NCBI GenBank assembly: GCA_963770835.1
Contig: CAVYRH010000004.1
Coordinates: 544,001-608,000 of the forward strand
Length of the DNA stretch: 64,000 bases
From: an uncultured Pseudomonadota bacterium
GTDB taxonomy: Bacteria > Oederibacteriota > Muellerivitia > Muellerivitales > Muellerivitaceae
Reading direction: 5' to 3'
Shown here: positions 10,201 through 19,491 of the stretch, piece by piece
Layout of the letters: each line of letters begins with the position of its first letter
How positions within the stretch are numbered: position 1 is the first letter of the stretch
The notes under the pieces: generated by a model
Database searches by the model: none
What the model saw: the letters and a program-made list of their open reading frames with translations, nothing else
What the model was told of the DNA's origin: nothing
Position numbers and translations under genes: made by a program

Positions 10201-10628
10201 CGGGGAATTATTTCCGCAAAGCCGCTTCCCTGGCCCTGGAACGCCGTTTGAAGCCTTTCCTGTCAGACCTTCTGGTGGGCGCTGCCAAGCTGGCGAAGGC
10301 CCAGGGCGACGAGGGGCAAGCCCTCGGGTTGTTGATGGCCGCCCTGTCCCAGCCCACCTGCCGCCAGCCAACCAAGGACCGGACCCTCACCCTTTTGAAA
10401 GAACTCCAGTCCCGCTTCACGGCTCAGGAAGTGGAAGGGTCCGCCCATTGGGCCAAGAGCACCCGCATTGAGGACATCGTGGCCGATTGGGTTGCCTCCA
10501 GTTCGGGGTTATTAAAGAAGAAAGGTTTCTCCCGGAAGCACCACTCCCGAAAGAAACAGCGCGGTTCCGGGAACAAATCCCGGAAGGCGGGGAAGGCTCT
10601 CAAATCGCGGGGGAAGAAAAGAAAATAG
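7269..10628 (+). CDS. Degenerate cyclase-like domain + STAND/NB-ARC-type NTPase + TPR array
   Basis: 'IFLFTEID' and 'LRVALHSGEA' cyclase-like N-terminus; Walker A GPGGFGKT; Walker B LLLMDNFEH; repeated 'D.RG.AWAL..LG' units. Confidence 0.85.
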   Translation: MIFLFTEIDHPEVFQKKGTPEGDHILASQYFLIEEILLNHGVHWMQRSPTGVLAAFEGGASSEKARASGETTPTGQPGRPAEAALSLQKDFQSHQWGQFGKAKLRVALHSGEAEPAGQTYVGPEVTHALKLLEAAQWSQTLLTVPAVHFIPLPPGSRLKDMGKHFLKDLTEPQNLYALLHPDIDGGEVLPPQSLEDYPQNFFPQSSPFFGREEELGEITGLLASPPTRLVTLTGPGGFGKTRLAFQAAAEVVEKFKDGVFIVSLAPLLSDHLLIASVATAIQFFFYGAEDPKTQLLGHLKEKEMLLLMDNFEHIIEGAEFVQEILSAAPRVKVLATSREKLGVEAEKVFEVKGLRYPLAENAGQMEASSAVQLFMKSAHRIQPHFELATEDRGSLLDICRFLEGMPLGLELSATWVGTLTLPQIAEKIETSRDFLATSMPHLPARHRSLRAVFEYSWILLTEAQKKALKSISVFRGGFTVDAVKKVAGAAEELLERLAQKSLVRKKEGRWEIHELLKYYAKEKLFDDSGEKERSFDAHSGYFSQWLRKRERDLTGPRQQKALEEMVEEIGNIREGWRRAVEKGMVEELGDYLEAYFIVLETKGWFQEGQEAFRQAAQSIREASSAGSSKPTPVFLLLARLLCRWADFERNLGNTPKAEELLKESLGDFQSASAPQLSGYALGGLGKVVETKGDYKAAKVLFNKSLKTFQKARDRHGSAWALNELGHMESLAGNFKAAQALIRRSLSHSEAGGDRRSVGHSYILLGDALYGLGQMEESKLFYQKGLDAYLESGDRRGMSWAFLNLGRVAEMLGNYGGARQMYREGMVIAKDLGDLRGLAWADNLLGFTSWATGNYQEAQRFYQEGLSLYRKIDDQRGQAWTLDLLGNIKLAQGNDKEAEEYYQQARALVLQEGMSTQNKAWDAFHQGVLAAFRGESRQAFQRFKEGLGWFRSIGDSLGQMTCYLHLGEASLTLKETAAAGNYFRKAASLALERRLKPFLSDLLVGAAKLAKAQGDEGQALGLLMAALSQPTCRQPTKDRTLTLLKELQSRFTAQEVEGSAHWAKSTRIEDIVADWVASSSGLLKKKGFSRKHHSRKKQRGSGNKSRKAGKALKSRGKKRK

Positions 10629-10712
10629 GCTCACCGGGCCCATGGAATCAGCTCTTTGGCCCGGCAAGCCTATTTCATATTTTAAAATCGGTTAAAAATC
10701 GCCCTGGGCGGC

Positions 10713-12308
10713 TTAAGGGCAAGTACTAGCCGTGAAATTCTGGATATGCAGGATGTTGCCCGCAACCACGTTGTAGGCCCGGATGCCCACGCTCCCCGTT
10801 GTGTAACCCGCCGTCAACCCGGTCAATCCAGTACAGGCCACCGTATCCGTCACATTGGTAAAGATCTGCACAGTGGCGCCACTCGCCACTCCCGGAGCGC
10901 TTTCCGGCGTCTCCCAGGCGTTGAAGGTCCCGCCCGAGGCCGTCACCTTCAAATGGACCCAGGTCCCCAGCGTATAGGCGTTCCCCGTCGCGCATCCCGG
11001 ATAGTAATAAAGCCCGTTCGTGCAGGCCTTTTCGATTTCCCATCGGTTATTCAAGCCATTCCATTGGAAACTGTAGGTTTCACTGACTGGGCCGTCACCC
11101 CGGAAGGCCGGTCCGAATACACCCTGGCTGACGGTATCGAGCTTGAAGTCCCCCTCCACCCCGTAATCCCCTAAGGACTGGTTAAAAGCGGTGTTCGTAG
11201 CGAAGGCCCAGGAATAAACCGTCCCGCTGGTGGGAGCTACCTGCAATTCTCCTGAAACAACCTGATAGGAAAGAGCCGCAGCCGAAGAAGTGCCCCAAGC
11301 GTAAAAATTATAATTGTTGAGGCTGGCCGAACTGCCGTAAGTATCCGTGAATTGAATGCAGGTTGACGCCGGAGTGGCGCTAGGTGTTGAAGAAGGCGTC
11401 GAAGTGGCCACGAACGTCGGAGTGCTCGTAGATATTGAAGTGTAGGTAGCGGTTGGGCTTGACGCGGAAGTGACGCAGGATTGGGCGTTGGCGAAGAAGT
11501 TCTTGATCCGCGCCACGTTCGGGCTATTGATGCCGTAGGTCCTCACGCCCACCCCGCCGCTGGTATAGGGGGAAGAGGTGTCGGTGGCGTTGAAAATCAA
11601 GTGGTCGCCGGTGCCGTCGTTGAAATTCACGTAGCATTTGAAATTGTTCCCCAAAGCCGCGACCTTCAAGTGCACCCAAGTCCCAAGAGTGTAGCCCGGG
11701 ACCGTCACGCAGCAGGCGGGATAGGTGAAGCTGACGGAAGGCGATCCCGTGTTCTTCTCCAGTTCCCAGTTGTGGGTGCCGCCGTCGGCATTCGAGAAGT
11801 TCCCATTCCATTGGAAGGAATAGAAGGAACCGTTGTTTCCGGTCCTGAAGGCGATTCCGAATACGCCCAGGCTGCCCTGGTAGGAATCCATCTCGAAGTC
11901 CGCTTCGACGGTGTAATTTGAAAGACTGTGGCTGAAGAGGGAGTCGTTCACGATGGCCAAGCCGCCGTTGGCCGTATCCTCAAGGATGCCCCCGGTGATC
12001 TGGTATCCGCCGCTGGCCGCCGTGCCGGCGGCCTGGGTGCCCGCGTCGAAGTAGCTATAGTTGGCCAGGTCCGCGGAACCGGAGAAATTATCCGAATAAG
12101 AAGCGCAGCCGGCTGTAGGAGTGGCCGTGGGAGTCCAGGAGACCGTCGCCGTGGTGGAGGCTGTCGGCCCACTCACCGTGGAGGTCGGGCTGGGAGAGGG
12201 CTCCCCGGGCCCGCTCAGGTTGTGGTGGGTGACGCAAGCGGTGGAAAACAATAAACAACTGAATAAAGCAGTCCCAATACCGGCTAAAGACAAATATCGG
12301 TTCATCAT
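10713..12308 (-). CDS. Lipoprotein with two ConA/LamG(DUF1080)-like beta-sandwich domains
   Basis: Lipobox STAC; two copies of 'Y.VE.DF.(M/L)D...YSFQWNG...YTLGTWVHLKV'; Thr/Pro linkers. Confidence 0.7.
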   Translation of the reverse strand: MMNRYLSLAGIGTALFSCLLFSTACVTHHNLSGPGEPSPSPTSTVSGPTASTTATVSWTPTATPTAGCASYSDNFSGSADLANYSYFDAGTQAAGTAASGGYQITGGILEDTANGGLAIVNDSLFSHSLSNYTVEADFEMDSYQGSLGVFGIAFRTGNNGSFYSFQWNGNFSNADGGTHNWELEKNTGSPSVSFTYPACCVTVPGYTLGTWVHLKVAALGNNFKCYVNFNDGTGDHLIFNATDTSSPYTSGGVGVRTYGINSPNVARIKNFFANAQSCVTSASSPTATYTSISTSTPTFVATSTPSSTPSATPASTCIQFTDTYGSSASLNNYNFYAWGTSSAAALSYQVVSGELQVAPTSGTVYSWAFATNTAFNQSLGDYGVEGDFKLDTVSQGVFGPAFRGDGPVSETYSFQWNGLNNRWEIEKACTNGLYYYPGCATGNAYTLGTWVHLKVTASGGTFNAWETPESAPGVASGATVQIFTNVTDTVACTGLTGLTAGYTTGSVGIRAYNVVAGNILHIQNFTASTCP

Positions 12309-12549
12309 TTTTCTCCATTCCTCTTTAAAATTCTTATCGATCAGGGAGAATTCCAATTTCCCCTCCGTCTGCTATCCAGTGTGTTGAGGGGGCGTTTTAT
12401 TCCATGGCGGGTTCTGTTTTCCGGTAAGGAAAAAAGTGTGGATTGTCCCGGAAATTGCTATATTTTGGCCTTGCTATCCTCAAGGACGTATTCTTTTGGG
12501 AATAAAAACCCCGCTCCACCCACTAGGTTAATGAGGGAAACCGCTAATC

Positions 12550-13161
12550 GTGGCGTGGAATCGGGGGAATCCGGCGGGGGCCCTTTTGGAAGACCGTGAA
12601 CTGGTGGAAAAGCTTTTAGCCAAGGAGGAACAGGCCTACGGGTATTTTTACGATACCTACCGGAACAAGATTTATAAGGCTTGTACCTACCTCTTAGGCT
12701 ACCAGGACCCCGACGCCGAGGACGTCGCGCAGGAAGTTTTTCTCGCAGCCTTGAAACAACTCCCTCAATTCGAGTTCCGGTCCAGCCTTTACCACTGGCT
12801 TTACCGCATCGCCATGTACCTTTGTTACGAGAGGATCCGCAAGCGCCGCCGGCTTGTCGTCAGCCTGCAGGAGGACCTAGAAACGGCGGCCACGGGCTTG
12901 TCCATCCGTCACGAGGACGAGGCGAATGAGGAAACAAAAAAGAAGAAAATGCTGGAAGTTGTGGCAGCACAAAAGGAATCCATGGGCGATCCTTGCCGAA
13001 GCCTCCTGGACATGAGGGAAAAGCAGGAAAAGAGCTATGCCCAAATCGCTGACGCCCTAAAGGTACCTATCGGAACAGTGATGTCCCGGCTGGCGCGGTG
13101 CAAGGAAGCGCTGAAAGCCCTGGTTTTGGGGGCTTTAAAGGAAACGTCTCATGGCGGATGA
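12550..13161 (+). CDS. ECF-family RNA polymerase sigma factor
   Basis: DAEDVAQEVF, 'SLYHWLYRIA', 'SYAQIADALKVPIGTVMSRLAR'. Confidence 0.9.
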   Translation: MAWNRGNPAGALLEDRELVEKLLAKEEQAYGYFYDTYRNKIYKACTYLLGYQDPDAEDVAQEVFLAALKQLPQFEFRSSLYHWLYRIAMYLCYERIRKRRRLVVSLQEDLETAATGLSIRHEDEANEETKKKKMLEVVAAQKESMGDPCRSLLDMREKQEKSYAQIADALKVPIGTVMSRLARCKEALKALVLGALKETSHGG

Positions 13162-13868
13162 CCTTATCATCAAATTTTTCAGGGAAGACCTGACCGAGGC
13201 CGAGGAAAAAGCCTTGAGCGACCGGCTTTTGTCCTCCACCGAGGACGCCTTGCGTTTCGGACATCACGCCGAAGCCTCTTACCGGCACTATGGCCTACCC
13301 GAGCCCAAATGGCGGGGCGGCGGGCCTCCGCCGGGGTTCCTACCCAAATCCGCCTTCAAGCTGGGACCCTGGCTTTTAACGGGACTCGTCGCCGGTTTGT
13401 CGGCCTGGGCGGTTTGGAATTATTGTTGGAAAGGAACCGAAAGGAAAATGACGGCCTCCGTTCCGCCCGCTTTTTCCAACCCCGTTCAATCCCCCGTGGC
13501 GGCGAAACCCAATCCTCCAGCCGTCCAACCAAAGGAAGCGGTCATTCCGGAAAAACTGGTTCTTCTGGGGGCCCCGCCGTCCCCGGCTTTAACGCCGATG
13601 AAAATGGGGGACCCAACCCATCATCCCCACACCAACTTGGAAGTTTTGGTGAACCAGAAAAAACTCGGGGCCATTACCGTCCGGGTAATGGGTCCGGATG
13701 GGGACCCAGGCTGTGATGCTTTACCAGGGAACGCTTCAACCCGGGGGATGGACTTTCGATTGGAACGGACGGCTGTCTAATGGGGGCGCGCCATCCGCAG
13801 GAACCTACCAAATCCAGGTGGTTTCCGGCCCGGTCACCTTGAATAAGAGCGTGGTTATCCGGAAATAG
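13151..13868 (+). CDS. Putative anti-sigma factor: one TM helix, Pro linker, C-terminal FlgD-Ig-like domain; +1 frameshift at 13700-13703
   Basis: Overlaps sigma stop; removing one G from GGGG gives ...GTQAVMLYQGTLQPGGWTFDWNGRLSNGGAPSAGTYQIQVVSGPVTLNKSVVIRK* (TAG 13866-13868). Confidence 0.7.
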
Positions 13869-14107
13869 CCGGTCGAAGACACCTTTTTGCACCCTTGTTT
13901 CCCGAACTACGAATTCGTTGTTCCTATCGTTTGCAGAATATGTTAAATAAAAAGTCCTTTGAGGGAATAAAAAAGCCCCTGCCGACACTAGATAAGTGGA
14001 AGGCTCAAATGGCTTTTTTTCACCTTAGGTGGATGAAAAGAGACCTATTGATTATGAAGCTTTTGAGCCTATTTATTTTCCGCAAGCGGTATAGGCGGGC
14101 GGCGGTC

Positions 14108-15646
14108 ATGCCCCGACCTGGTATTACCCATTCGGAGCCTTCCAAATTTATTCCAATTTGCCTTTCTTTCGGTGTTTTTACCATTGTTTTAGCGTCCTTC
14201 CTCCTGGCTTCTTTTTCCATTCCCGCCCTTTCCTACGCGAGTCAAACCGTCTATTCCGCCTCTTCGCAATCCGATTCCTTGGACAACACCAATGACGTTG
14301 CTCGTTCGGCCGCCATGGGCTCGGCCTTCACCGGGGTGGCGGACGACGCCTCAGCCCTCTTCAGTAACCCGGCGGGATTGGGATTTTTAAAACAAGGCCA
14401 GTTGTTCCTTAATAGTGATTTCTGGTTGGTGGGAACGTTCCAGGAAACGGCCCTTTTCGGGATGCCGACCACGGGCGCGGGGGGAATCGCCCTGGCCGTC
14501 CATTATCTGGATTACGGCCTCTTCGAAGGAAGGGATGAACTCGGTTCGATCACGGCCAATTACAGCGCGGACCGATTGGGCCTGGATGCGGGATGGGGAT
14601 ATGAGGTCCTGAAAAATTTGTCCTTGGGGATTGGGTTCAGCGGCTCCCAAGCGACCCTAGCCGGACAAGGTTATACCTACTTCACCACCAACATTGGGGT
14701 TTTGTGGAAGAGCCGGCAGGGTTTCGGGTTGGGGGCCTCCTACGTGAATACAGGATGGGTTTCCCCCGGAGGGGCGAGCGAAGACGCGGTGAACCTCGGG
14801 GCTTCTTTTAATACAGTTTTGGATTCCACTAGCCACCTTTTGATGGCGTTGGGAGGGTCCATCGAACCTGGCGCGGTCAACTACCTGCAAGCGGGCGCTG
14901 AGTATTCCATCCAGAACCAAGTCTTCCTGCGCGCAGGATGCCAAGTGCCCCTTTCGGACCAAACTATTGGAGGTTTGACGGATCTCACGGCGGGAGTGGG
15001 TTTTCACCTTTCCGATTTCAGCCTGGATTACGCATTCCTGCCTTATGGGGACCTGGGGGCCGCCCACCGGGTCAGCGTGGGATACTTTTTTGAAAGCGGC
15101 CCGCCGAAGGGATCGTCCCTTGGAAAAAACAATTCATCCCCCGGCTCCCAATCCGGCCTTTTGGGTCAAAAAGGGAATGGCCTCAAGGCCGTCACGGTTC
15201 CGGGCATGGCGGGTTCTCCTAATCCCTCCTTCACCGCCCAAGGGATTCCTCCCCTTCCCCCCAACCCGATAGCGCCCTCATTGCCCCAAGCACCCGCACC
15301 CGTCACTGTTTTCAGTCCGGCAGCGCCCATTTCCCAAACCCAAGCCGCCCCCCCAGCGGAGGCCAAGGATTCCCTGGTCGTTCAGTTCGACCTGCCGGAT
15401 AATTCCGTGCCCAGTGGCGCCGAACTTGAAAAAGAAGGGAAAACAAGGGAAGCTTTGGCGGCCTATATTGAAGCGGTTAAACAAAATCCCGGGGACGCCG
15501 CGTCCTGGTATGCCATGGGAAACCTGTACCGGCAGATGAGCCAAAAAGCTTATGCCATCCAATGTTTTGGGCAGGTTCTCAAGCTTGAGCCGAATAACCA
15601 GAAACTGGCCGATTGGCTGGAACAGTACAAGGATTCCAATCCGTAA
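14108..15646 (+). CDS. PorV/PorQ (UPF0164)-family outer-membrane barrel with Pro linker and C-terminal TPR (start uncertain)
   Basis: ARSAAMGSAFTGVADDASALFSNPAGL; 'LDYAFLPYGDLGAAHRVSVGY'; TPR 'SWYAMGNLY...AIQCFGQVLKLEP'. Confidence 0.8.
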   Translation: MPRPGITHSEPSKFIPICLSFGVFTIVLASFLLASFSIPALSYASQTVYSASSQSDSLDNTNDVARSAAMGSAFTGVADDASALFSNPAGLGFLKQGQLFLNSDFWLVGTFQETALFGMPTTGAGGIALAVHYLDYGLFEGRDELGSITANYSADRLGLDAGWGYEVLKNLSLGIGFSGSQATLAGQGYTYFTTNIGVLWKSRQGFGLGASYVNTGWVSPGGASEDAVNLGASFNTVLDSTSHLLMALGGSIEPGAVNYLQAGAEYSIQNQVFLRAGCQVPLSDQTIGGLTDLTAGVGFHLSDFSLDYAFLPYGDLGAAHRVSVGYFFESGPPKGSSLGKNNSSPGSQSGLLGQKGNGLKAVTVPGMAGSPNPSFTAQGIPPLPPNPIAPSLPQAPAPVTVFSPAAPISQTQAAPPAEAKDSLVVQFDLPDNSVPSGAELEKEGKTREALAAYIEAVKQNPGDAASWYAMGNLYRQMSQKAYAIQCFGQVLKLEPNNQKLADWLEQYKDSNP

Positions 15647-15677
15647 CCCGAGGAAAGGTTGAAAAGGAAATAACGGC

Positions 15678-17498
15678 ATGAAACATAGTTTCTGGCGGAC
15701 CATTCCCCTTCTTTTCATGGCGCTTTTCCCGGCGCAGGGACTGCTGGCCCAGACCCCCACCAGCACCCCGACCTGCACTCAGTTCACGGATACCTACGGC
15801 AGTTCCTCCAGCTTGAATAATTATAATTTTTACAATGGTTGGACCTTATCGACGGCCGCGGCCCTGTCCTACCAGGTTTCCTCGGGGGAATTACAAGTAG
15901 CGCCCACCAGCGGAACGGTTTATTCCGTGGCCGCCGCCACCAACAGCGTTTTCAACCAAACCTTGGGGGACTATAGCGTGGAAGGGGACTTCAAGCTGGA
16001 CACGGTCAGCCAGGGCGTTTTTGGACCGATGTTCTGCTGCGATGCGGCGGCAAGTCAATGCTATTTTTTCCAATGGAACGGATTAAACGGCCGTTGGGAA
16101 ATAGAAAAACAAACGGGAACGGGGTATTACTATCCGGGATGTGTGACTGGGAACGCGTATACTTTGGGAACCTGGGTGCACTTAAAGGTGACGGCTACAG
16201 GCGGAACATTCAACTGCTGGGAGACCCCGGAAAGCGCCCCGGGGGTGGCTAGCGGGGCGACGGTGCAGATATTCACCAGCGTTACCGATACGGTTGCCTG
16301 CGCAGGAACGAGCGGCCTGACGGCGGCCCTGACGACGGGGAACGCCGGCTTGAGGGCCTACAATATCGTCTCGGGCAATATTCTGCACGTCCAAAACTTT
16401 ACGGCTTATAACTGCACGTCAGGCACATTAACCCCCACCCTGACCAATTCGCCAACGCAGAGTCCGACGGCAACGGTTTCCCCGACTCCAACCTCAACCG
16501 GCACCTTGGCGCCAACCGCCACAGCCACGCCGCTATCAGCCGGTTGCCAACAATTCATGGACACCTATAACAATTCGTCCAGTTTATCGAATTATAGCTA
16601 TAACGACGGGTCCTGGAATGCCGCCACAGCAGTTAACTTGGATTACTCGGTAGCGTCTGGGGAATTGCAGGAAACCCCGCCAACCGGGGCCAACGTTGGT
16701 TCCTACCTCACCGTTCTTAATTCCCTCTTCAACCCCTCCCTCAGCAACTATACAGTGGAGGCAGATTTCAAATTGGACAATTGGACGAGCGGCCACGGGC
16801 TTTTTGGATTGGTATTCCGGGAGGCGGCCACCGGAGAGGCCTATGTTTTCCAGCTCAACGGAAATCCGGAAAATTCCCAGCCCCATTGGCAATTGGAAAA
16901 GCAATTGGCGCCGGGAGGAACCAGCTACACCTACCTTCCAGGATCGGGATTCGGCATGGGAGCGGCTTCGCCGGCTTACACCCTTGGGACTTGGGTACAT
17001 TTGAAAGTCGTGGCCCAAGGAAACCTTTTTAATTGTTACGCGAATACCGGGGGTGGGGACCAATTGGTTTTCAGCGTTTCCGACCCCGGAACGACGGTTT
17101 ACGCCTCGGGCTCGGTGGGAATTCGAACGTCATTCATTTATAACCCCAATACCCTTCATGTTCAGAACTTCACCGCCACTTGGTGCGGAGGGCCCGTTTA
17201 TACGGGTTCCAATCCTCCGGTTTCAGGGGACTTCTTTATTTATCCGTCCCCTGCCCGGGGCAGCCAAGCCACGGTCTCCTACAACATGGCCCAATCGGGG
17301 CAAGTGGACTTGAGGGTTTGGAACGAGAAAGCCGAGCTGGTGACCCATATGACCGACTCCAAGACGGCGGGCGTCCAGGTGACGCCCTTCTCGATCGCCG
17401 GTTTCGGCACCGGAGTTTATTTTTACTCCCTTACTCTCACCTACGATTCGGGCACCGTTGAAAAACTTGGACCCAAGAAGTTCGTCATCCTTCACTAA
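15678..17498 (+). CDS. Secreted protein with two LamG-like domains and a T9SS type-A-like C-terminal sorting domain
   Basis: Signal peptide; 'IYPSPA...V.YN...LRVWNEKAELV...GTGVYFYSL...KKFVILH'. Confidence 0.75.
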   Translation: MKHSFWRTIPLLFMALFPAQGLLAQTPTSTPTCTQFTDTYGSSSSLNNYNFYNGWTLSTAAALSYQVSSGELQVAPTSGTVYSVAAATNSVFNQTLGDYSVEGDFKLDTVSQGVFGPMFCCDAAASQCYFFQWNGLNGRWEIEKQTGTGYYYPGCVTGNAYTLGTWVHLKVTATGGTFNCWETPESAPGVASGATVQIFTSVTDTVACAGTSGLTAALTTGNAGLRAYNIVSGNILHVQNFTAYNCTSGTLTPTLTNSPTQSPTATVSPTPTSTGTLAPTATATPLSAGCQQFMDTYNNSSSLSNYSYNDGSWNAATAVNLDYSVASGELQETPPTGANVGSYLTVLNSLFNPSLSNYTVEADFKLDNWTSGHGLFGLVFREAATGEAYVFQLNGNPENSQPHWQLEKQLAPGGTSYTYLPGSGFGMGAASPAYTLGTWVHLKVVAQGNLFNCYANTGGGDQLVFSVSDPGTTVYASGSVGIRTSFIYNPNTLHVQNFTATWCGGPVYTGSNPPVSGDFFIYPSPARGSQATVSYNMAQSGQVDLRVWNEKAELVTHMTDSKTAGVQVTPFSIAGFGTGVYFYSLTLTYDSGTVEKLGPKKFVILH

Positions 17499-17608
17499 AC
17501 CAAGGATAAGCTCTGGCTCTGCGTTCTTCCTGGCTTGTTCTTTTCGCTTGAAAACCGGAATCCATTCTTTTTTACTGGCCTTTCAGCACAACTGAAAGGC
17601 CTTTTCTT

Positions 17609-18238
17609 TTGAAACCCACCCGTATCATCCTGTTCGACCTGGACGGAACACTCACCTACGGTGTTTCCAGCACCCGTTTCCTCTTCCGGCGGGCGGGGGA
17701 CGAGGCCTTTTTCGAGTTCTTGGAAAGGGAGTGGCTGAAGGACCGAATGGGCCACCTTCCCTTGGCGAAAAAGGTGACCAAACGCATGGCGGGATGGCGG
17801 GTCCGGGATGTGGAGAAAGCCCTCCACCTCATTCCCAAAATGAGGGGCATCGCCGAAACGGTCAGAACACTCAAGAAGCGTGGCTTTTACGTGGCCCTGG
17901 CCACCTTGGGATATGAATTATGCGCCCGGTATTTCCAGAAAAAGTTCGGCTTTGACGATGTGCGGGGAACGACTTTGGAGATAAAGCGGGGAATGATTAC
18001 CGGAAGGAAGATGAAAATCTTCGAGGAACACGAAAAGGCCCTGTTCTTACGCGAACTATCGAAAACCCACTGCGTTCCACTGGCTGAAACGGTGACGGTT
18101 GGCGACAGCCGGTCGGACCGGGAAGTCTTCAAGATCGCGGGGTTCCGCATTGCGGTCAACCAGGACGGGTTCCTCAAAAAGCTCGCGGACGTCGATTTGA
18201 AAACCAAAGACCTGAGGATTATCCTCAAGCACTTATGA
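17609..18238 (+). CDS. HAD-family phosphatase (SerB-like)
   Basis: FDLDGTL motif I, VGDSRSD motif IV. Confidence 0.8.
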   Translation: MKPTRIILFDLDGTLTYGVSSTRFLFRRAGDEAFFEFLEREWLKDRMGHLPLAKKVTKRMAGWRVRDVEKALHLIPKMRGIAETVRTLKKRGFYVALATLGYELCARYFQKKFGFDDVRGTTLEIKRGMITGRKMKIFEEHEKALFLRELSKTHCVPLAETVTVGDSRSDREVFKIAGFRIAVNQDGFLKKLADVDLKTKDLRIILKHL

Positions 18239-18445
18239 ACCCCCGGAAAATGGAATTTGATTCCTCTTCTTATGGCAGACGGCCCTTGTCCGCGCGAACG
18301 GTATTCTTTTGGGGCTCCAGGAGCCGAAAGGCGGGTGAATTTTAAACGCCTAAAAGGTGACTGGTTTTAACTAAGGGCGCAAGGGGAAATCCTCCTGGAC
18401 TTTCTATCCCGGCTGTAAAATAAGAAAAAGATTGGGGAAGGGACT

Positions 18446-18850
18446 ATGAGCCTCCAAACCGGATGGATAGAAAAAAGGGAAAGCGAGCGCAAGAAGGCCC
18501 CTTGGGAATTGACCTACCAGGTCATTGGCGCGGAGGAAGCGGCCCAGTTATGCCGGGAACACCTCCGTCAGGAAGCCCGGGCCGCGGAAAAGGACGCAAT
18601 CGCACTATCCAGCGCCAGGACCCATGATGTTTCGGCCAAGGGCTTGGCCGTCGTGGGACCCCGGTTCCTTGAGCCGGGGACCAAACTGCTACTTTATATC
18701 CATTCCCCCCTCCAAACGAATTCCCTGGTCGTGGTGGCCGAAGTCGTCCATTGCGTGTTGGATGGGTCGGCATCTTCCCATTACCGGTCCGGCATGAGAA
18801 TTTTGGCCGTAGACCAAACCGACCTGGACCAAATCTTAAAGGAACTTTAA
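18446..18850 (+). CDS. PilZ-domain protein
   Basis: EKRESER (RxxxR) and DVSAKG (DxSxxG). Confidence 0.8.
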   Translation: MSLQTGWIEKRESERKKAPWELTYQVIGAEEAAQLCREHLRQEARAAEKDAIALSSARTHDVSAKGLAVVGPRFLEPGTKLLLYIHSPLQTNSLVVVAEVVHCVLDGSASSHYRSGMRILAVDQTDLDQILKEL

Positions 18851-18892
18851 AAGGGCCCCAAGATGCCGCGATTGCCGCAGTCCTATTGAAAT

Positions 18893-18924
18893 AAAAAAGC
18901 CCCCGGAAAACTTCCGGAGGCTTT
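18893..18924. terminator. Rho-independent terminator between convergent genes
   Basis: AAAAAAGCCCCCGGAA-AAC-TTCCGGAGGCTTT. Confidence 0.65.
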
Positions 18925-18951
18925 GAAGGAACGGCGGTCACGGCAAGAAAT

Positions 18952-19383
18952 TTAAGACCAAGCCCCTAAGATCAGACCCATCAAGAGCAAGCCCACCAAA
19001 TAATGGCTGGCATTGATGGCGTAAAATTTCCAGGATTTCCTCTCCCAAAATACGGTATTCATGAGGGTGGTGGCGAAGAAGCCCAGCCACACATAAAACC
19101 CGGATTTCAATCCAAGAACGGCTCCGGATTCGTGTTGGGCGATCCCCGCGAATTGGACAATGTAGGCCAGGACCCAAGCGGTTAAGAGGAGGGAGGCGAA
19201 ATTACCCAGCATGGGTTTCCACATCCCCTTCATCATCTTCTCCCTTTCCTTCTTGCTGGGCACTTTCATCCCCATTTCTTTCATCCAGGGCTTCACAAAA
19301 AGAACCGAGAACCAGGCCCACCCAACGAAAAACTGGGCCAAAGCCGCCACAAAAACGGCCATGTAATTGATGTGGATGTCCAT
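18952..19383 (-). CDS. DUF1761-family membrane protein
   Basis: 'INYMAVFVAALAQFFVGWAWFS.LF.KPWMK', 'FWERKSWKFYAINASHY'; GGAGG RBS. Confidence 0.8.
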   Translation of the reverse strand: MDIHINYMAVFVAALAQFFVGWAWFSVLFVKPWMKEMGMKVPSKKEREKMMKGMWKPMLGNFASLLLTAWVLAYIVQFAGIAQHESGAVLGLKSGFYVWLGFFATTLMNTVFWERKSWKFYAINASHYLVGLLLMGLILGAWS

Positions 19384-19491
19384 CGCCACCTCCTCAAGTT
19401 TTGATCAACAGTCCCATTCTAGCTGGGGAAGCCTAAATCGAAGGTTAACTTTCGGGGGCTTAATCGCGAAGGGTAAATGGGAACCCATTTT

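Noticed and set aside
7269..10628. STAND-TPR protein as an Avs-type antiphage system
   Set aside because: No nuclease, protease or TIR effector; architecture fits cyclase-NTPase-TPR signalling proteins and the context is not a defence island
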